Part shown: positions 61,900 to 64,000 of the stretch, in pieces | Layout: each line of letters opens with the position of its first letter | How positions within the stretch are numbered: the stretch's first letter is position 1 | Assembly (NCBI RefSeq): GCF_030684315.1 | Contig: NC_081363.1 | Coordinates: forward strand, 67,812,517 to 67,876,516 | DNA from: Stegostoma tigrinum | Lineage: Eukaryota | Length of the DNA: 64,000 bases | Reading direction: 5' to 3' | The notes under the pieces: model-generated | Told to the model about the DNA's origin: nothing | Database searches by the model: none | The model's input: the letters and a program-made list of their open reading frames with translations, nothing else | Made by a program: the position numbers and the translations under genes

Positions 61900-63545
61900 T
61901 TGACAAGTGAATCAAAGAAAGTGACTGGCTCGGAGAATGTTCCTGGCCGTGGCCTCAGATCCTGCACAGACCATCTGGTGGAAGTGTTTGTAGACATATT
62001 TAACGTTTCCTACTACCATATGAGGTTCCCATCTGCTTCAAGAAGATCACTCCCATCCTGGTGCCAAAGAAAAATCAGGCAATATGTCTTAATGACCACA
62101 GCCCAATGGCTCTAAAATCCATCATTATGAAGTGCTTTGAGAGATTAGGAATGGCTCACATCAACTCCAGTCTCCCAGATTAACTTGATCCACTATAGTC
62201 CATTGCAATAGGCCCATAGCAGATGCTATTTCTCTGAGCATGCACTCATCCCCGGAACAACTGGAATACAAGGACATCTATGTCAGACTTCTACTTATTG
62301 ATTTTAGTTCCACCTTTAATACCATAATTTAAACTAAACTCATCTCCAATCTCTGACAGTTAGACTGTCTTCCCTTCTCTGCAACAGAATCGTTGACTTC
62401 TTGGCCTGAAGATCACAATAAGGATAAGCAACGATACCTCCTCAACAATAATCCTCAACATCAGTGTCATGTGAGCCTGCGTACTCAGTCCCTTACTGTA
62501 TTCCTTATATACGCATGACTGTTTGACAAAATTCACCTCCAGCTCCACATACAATTTGCTGATGACACCACCATGGTGGGTTGGATCTCAAAATGACAAG
62601 ACAGAATACAGGATAGGGAAAGAGACCTTAGTGGCATGGTGTAAAAACCAGAATCTTTGCCTCAATGTCAGCAAAATGAAGGAGCTGATCATTAACTTCA
62701 GGAAGTGGAGTGGAGGGCATGCTCCTGTCAAAGTCAATTGTACGAATGTGGAAGTGGCCAAGAGTTTCAAGTTCCTCGAAATAAATATCACTAACTATCT
62801 GTACTGATCTATTCACATCAACACTACAGTCAAGAGAACACAACAACATTTTCTGAAGAAGGGTCTAGGCTCGAAACATCAGTCTTCCTGCTCCTCTTGG
62901 CCTGCTTAGCCTGCTGTGCTCATCCAGCTCTACACCCTGTTATCTCAGATCCTCCAGCGTCTGCAGTTCCTGCTATCTCTGAAACAACAACATCGCTACT
63001 TCCTCAGAAGGTTAAAGAAGTTCACCATGTACACAATAACTCTTAACATTTTTTGTGGATTCACTATAGAGTGCATCATCCAGATGCATCACAGCTTTGT
63101 ATGGTTGTTGCTCTGCCCAAGACAACACGACATTACAGAGAGCTGTGAATATAGCCGAGTCCGTAACAAAAACCAGCCTTCCTTCCATCGACTCTCTACA
63201 CTTCTCATTGCATTGGGAAGGCAGCCTACATAATCAAAGGCCCCTCCCACCCCAGTTATACTCTCTTGCACCATTTTCTATCAGGCCGAAGATAACAAAA
63301 GTTTGAAAACACATATTAGCAGATTCAAGAGCAGCTTCTTCCCGACTGTTACTAGACTTATGAATGAATCTTTCATGTATTAGATTTGATCTTTTTCTGC
63401 ACCTTCTGTGCAGCTGTAACATTACATTCTGTATTTTCTTTTATAACCCTGATGTACACATTTATAGGTCTGATTTACCTGAATGGCACAGAAAGCAACA
63501 CTTTTCACTGTATCCAGGTACATGTGACAATTGAAAAACAAACAA
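61900..63545 (+). mobile_element. Rex1/Babar-type LINE, 5'-truncated and decayed
   Basis: Translates to VPGRGLRSCTDHLVEVFVDIFN, DFSSTFNTI, FADDTT, LNVSKMKELIINFRK; terminus CTTTTCACTGTATCCAGGTACATGTGACAA. Confidence 0.85.
62850..62983 (+). mobile_element. Single-arm 134-bp PLE mini-element (hammerhead to tail)
   Basis: Starts TTT-CTGAAGA-AGGGTCTAGGCTC-GAAA and ends CTATCTCTGAA; TSD ACAACAACAT at 62840-62849 and 62984-62993. Confidence 0.88.
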
Positions 63546-63589
63546 GCCAGATCATATCAAATCACAGTTCCATTTGGAAAGGAGTCCTT

Positions 63590-64000
63590 GCATTTTAGGC
63601 CGAAAGATAATGAGGTAGTAGCGATATATTTCTAACCCAGGATGTGTGGCTTGGAAGGGAATGTGCTGCTGGTGATCATATGTACCTGCTGCCCTTGTTT
63701 TGGGTGGTAGTGATTGTTGTGAAAGATGCTGTTGAAGGAACCTTGTTGAGTTTTTGCAGTGCACTTTCCCCCAGATACTATACACTAGAGCATACACCAC
63801 AACCATAGTGTGCCAGTAGTGGGGGGAGTGAATGTGATGGATGTGGCACCAATTATGCTGGCTGTTTTGTTCTCTATGACTTAACTTCTTGAGCATTGTT
63901 GGCATTGCTTTAATGCAGGCAAAGGGGAATATTCCATCACTCTCTGACAAGCATGTGGATGGTGGACAGAGTTTGGGAATCCAAAGGTGAATTACTTGCT
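63590..64000 (-). mobile_element. CR1/L2-group LINE fragment (family of 30580-31220)
   Basis: Reverse complement is collinear with 30660-31050. Confidence 0.65.

Overview
Eukaryotic, repeat-dominated, AT-rich DNA. The repeat content points to a shark genome (inference from HE1-type V-SINEs, a DeuSINE, abundant CR1 LINEs and Neptune-type Penelope elements). I could not identify a host protein-coding gene; nearly all long ORFs are retroelement remnants. Contents: a decayed Gmr1-like Gypsy LTR element (1-2390), five or six Penelope-like element (PLE) segments encoding RT and/or GIY-YIG, many CR1 fragments, two Rex1/Babar LINEs, an RTE LINE, L2 fragments, several SINE families and an ancient LTR-like element with a tRNA-Ser-type primer-binding site. 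The most striking signal is a set of about 9 very short (90-320 bp) PLE-derived insertions, most with target-site duplications (TSDs). Each consists only of a minimal hammerhead ribozyme motif plus the pLTR 3' end, and most are fold-back palindromes whose apex sits at the hammerhead core. The pattern recurs in at least three sequence subfamilies of different apparent age. Coordinates of decayed repeats were read by eye and are approximate.
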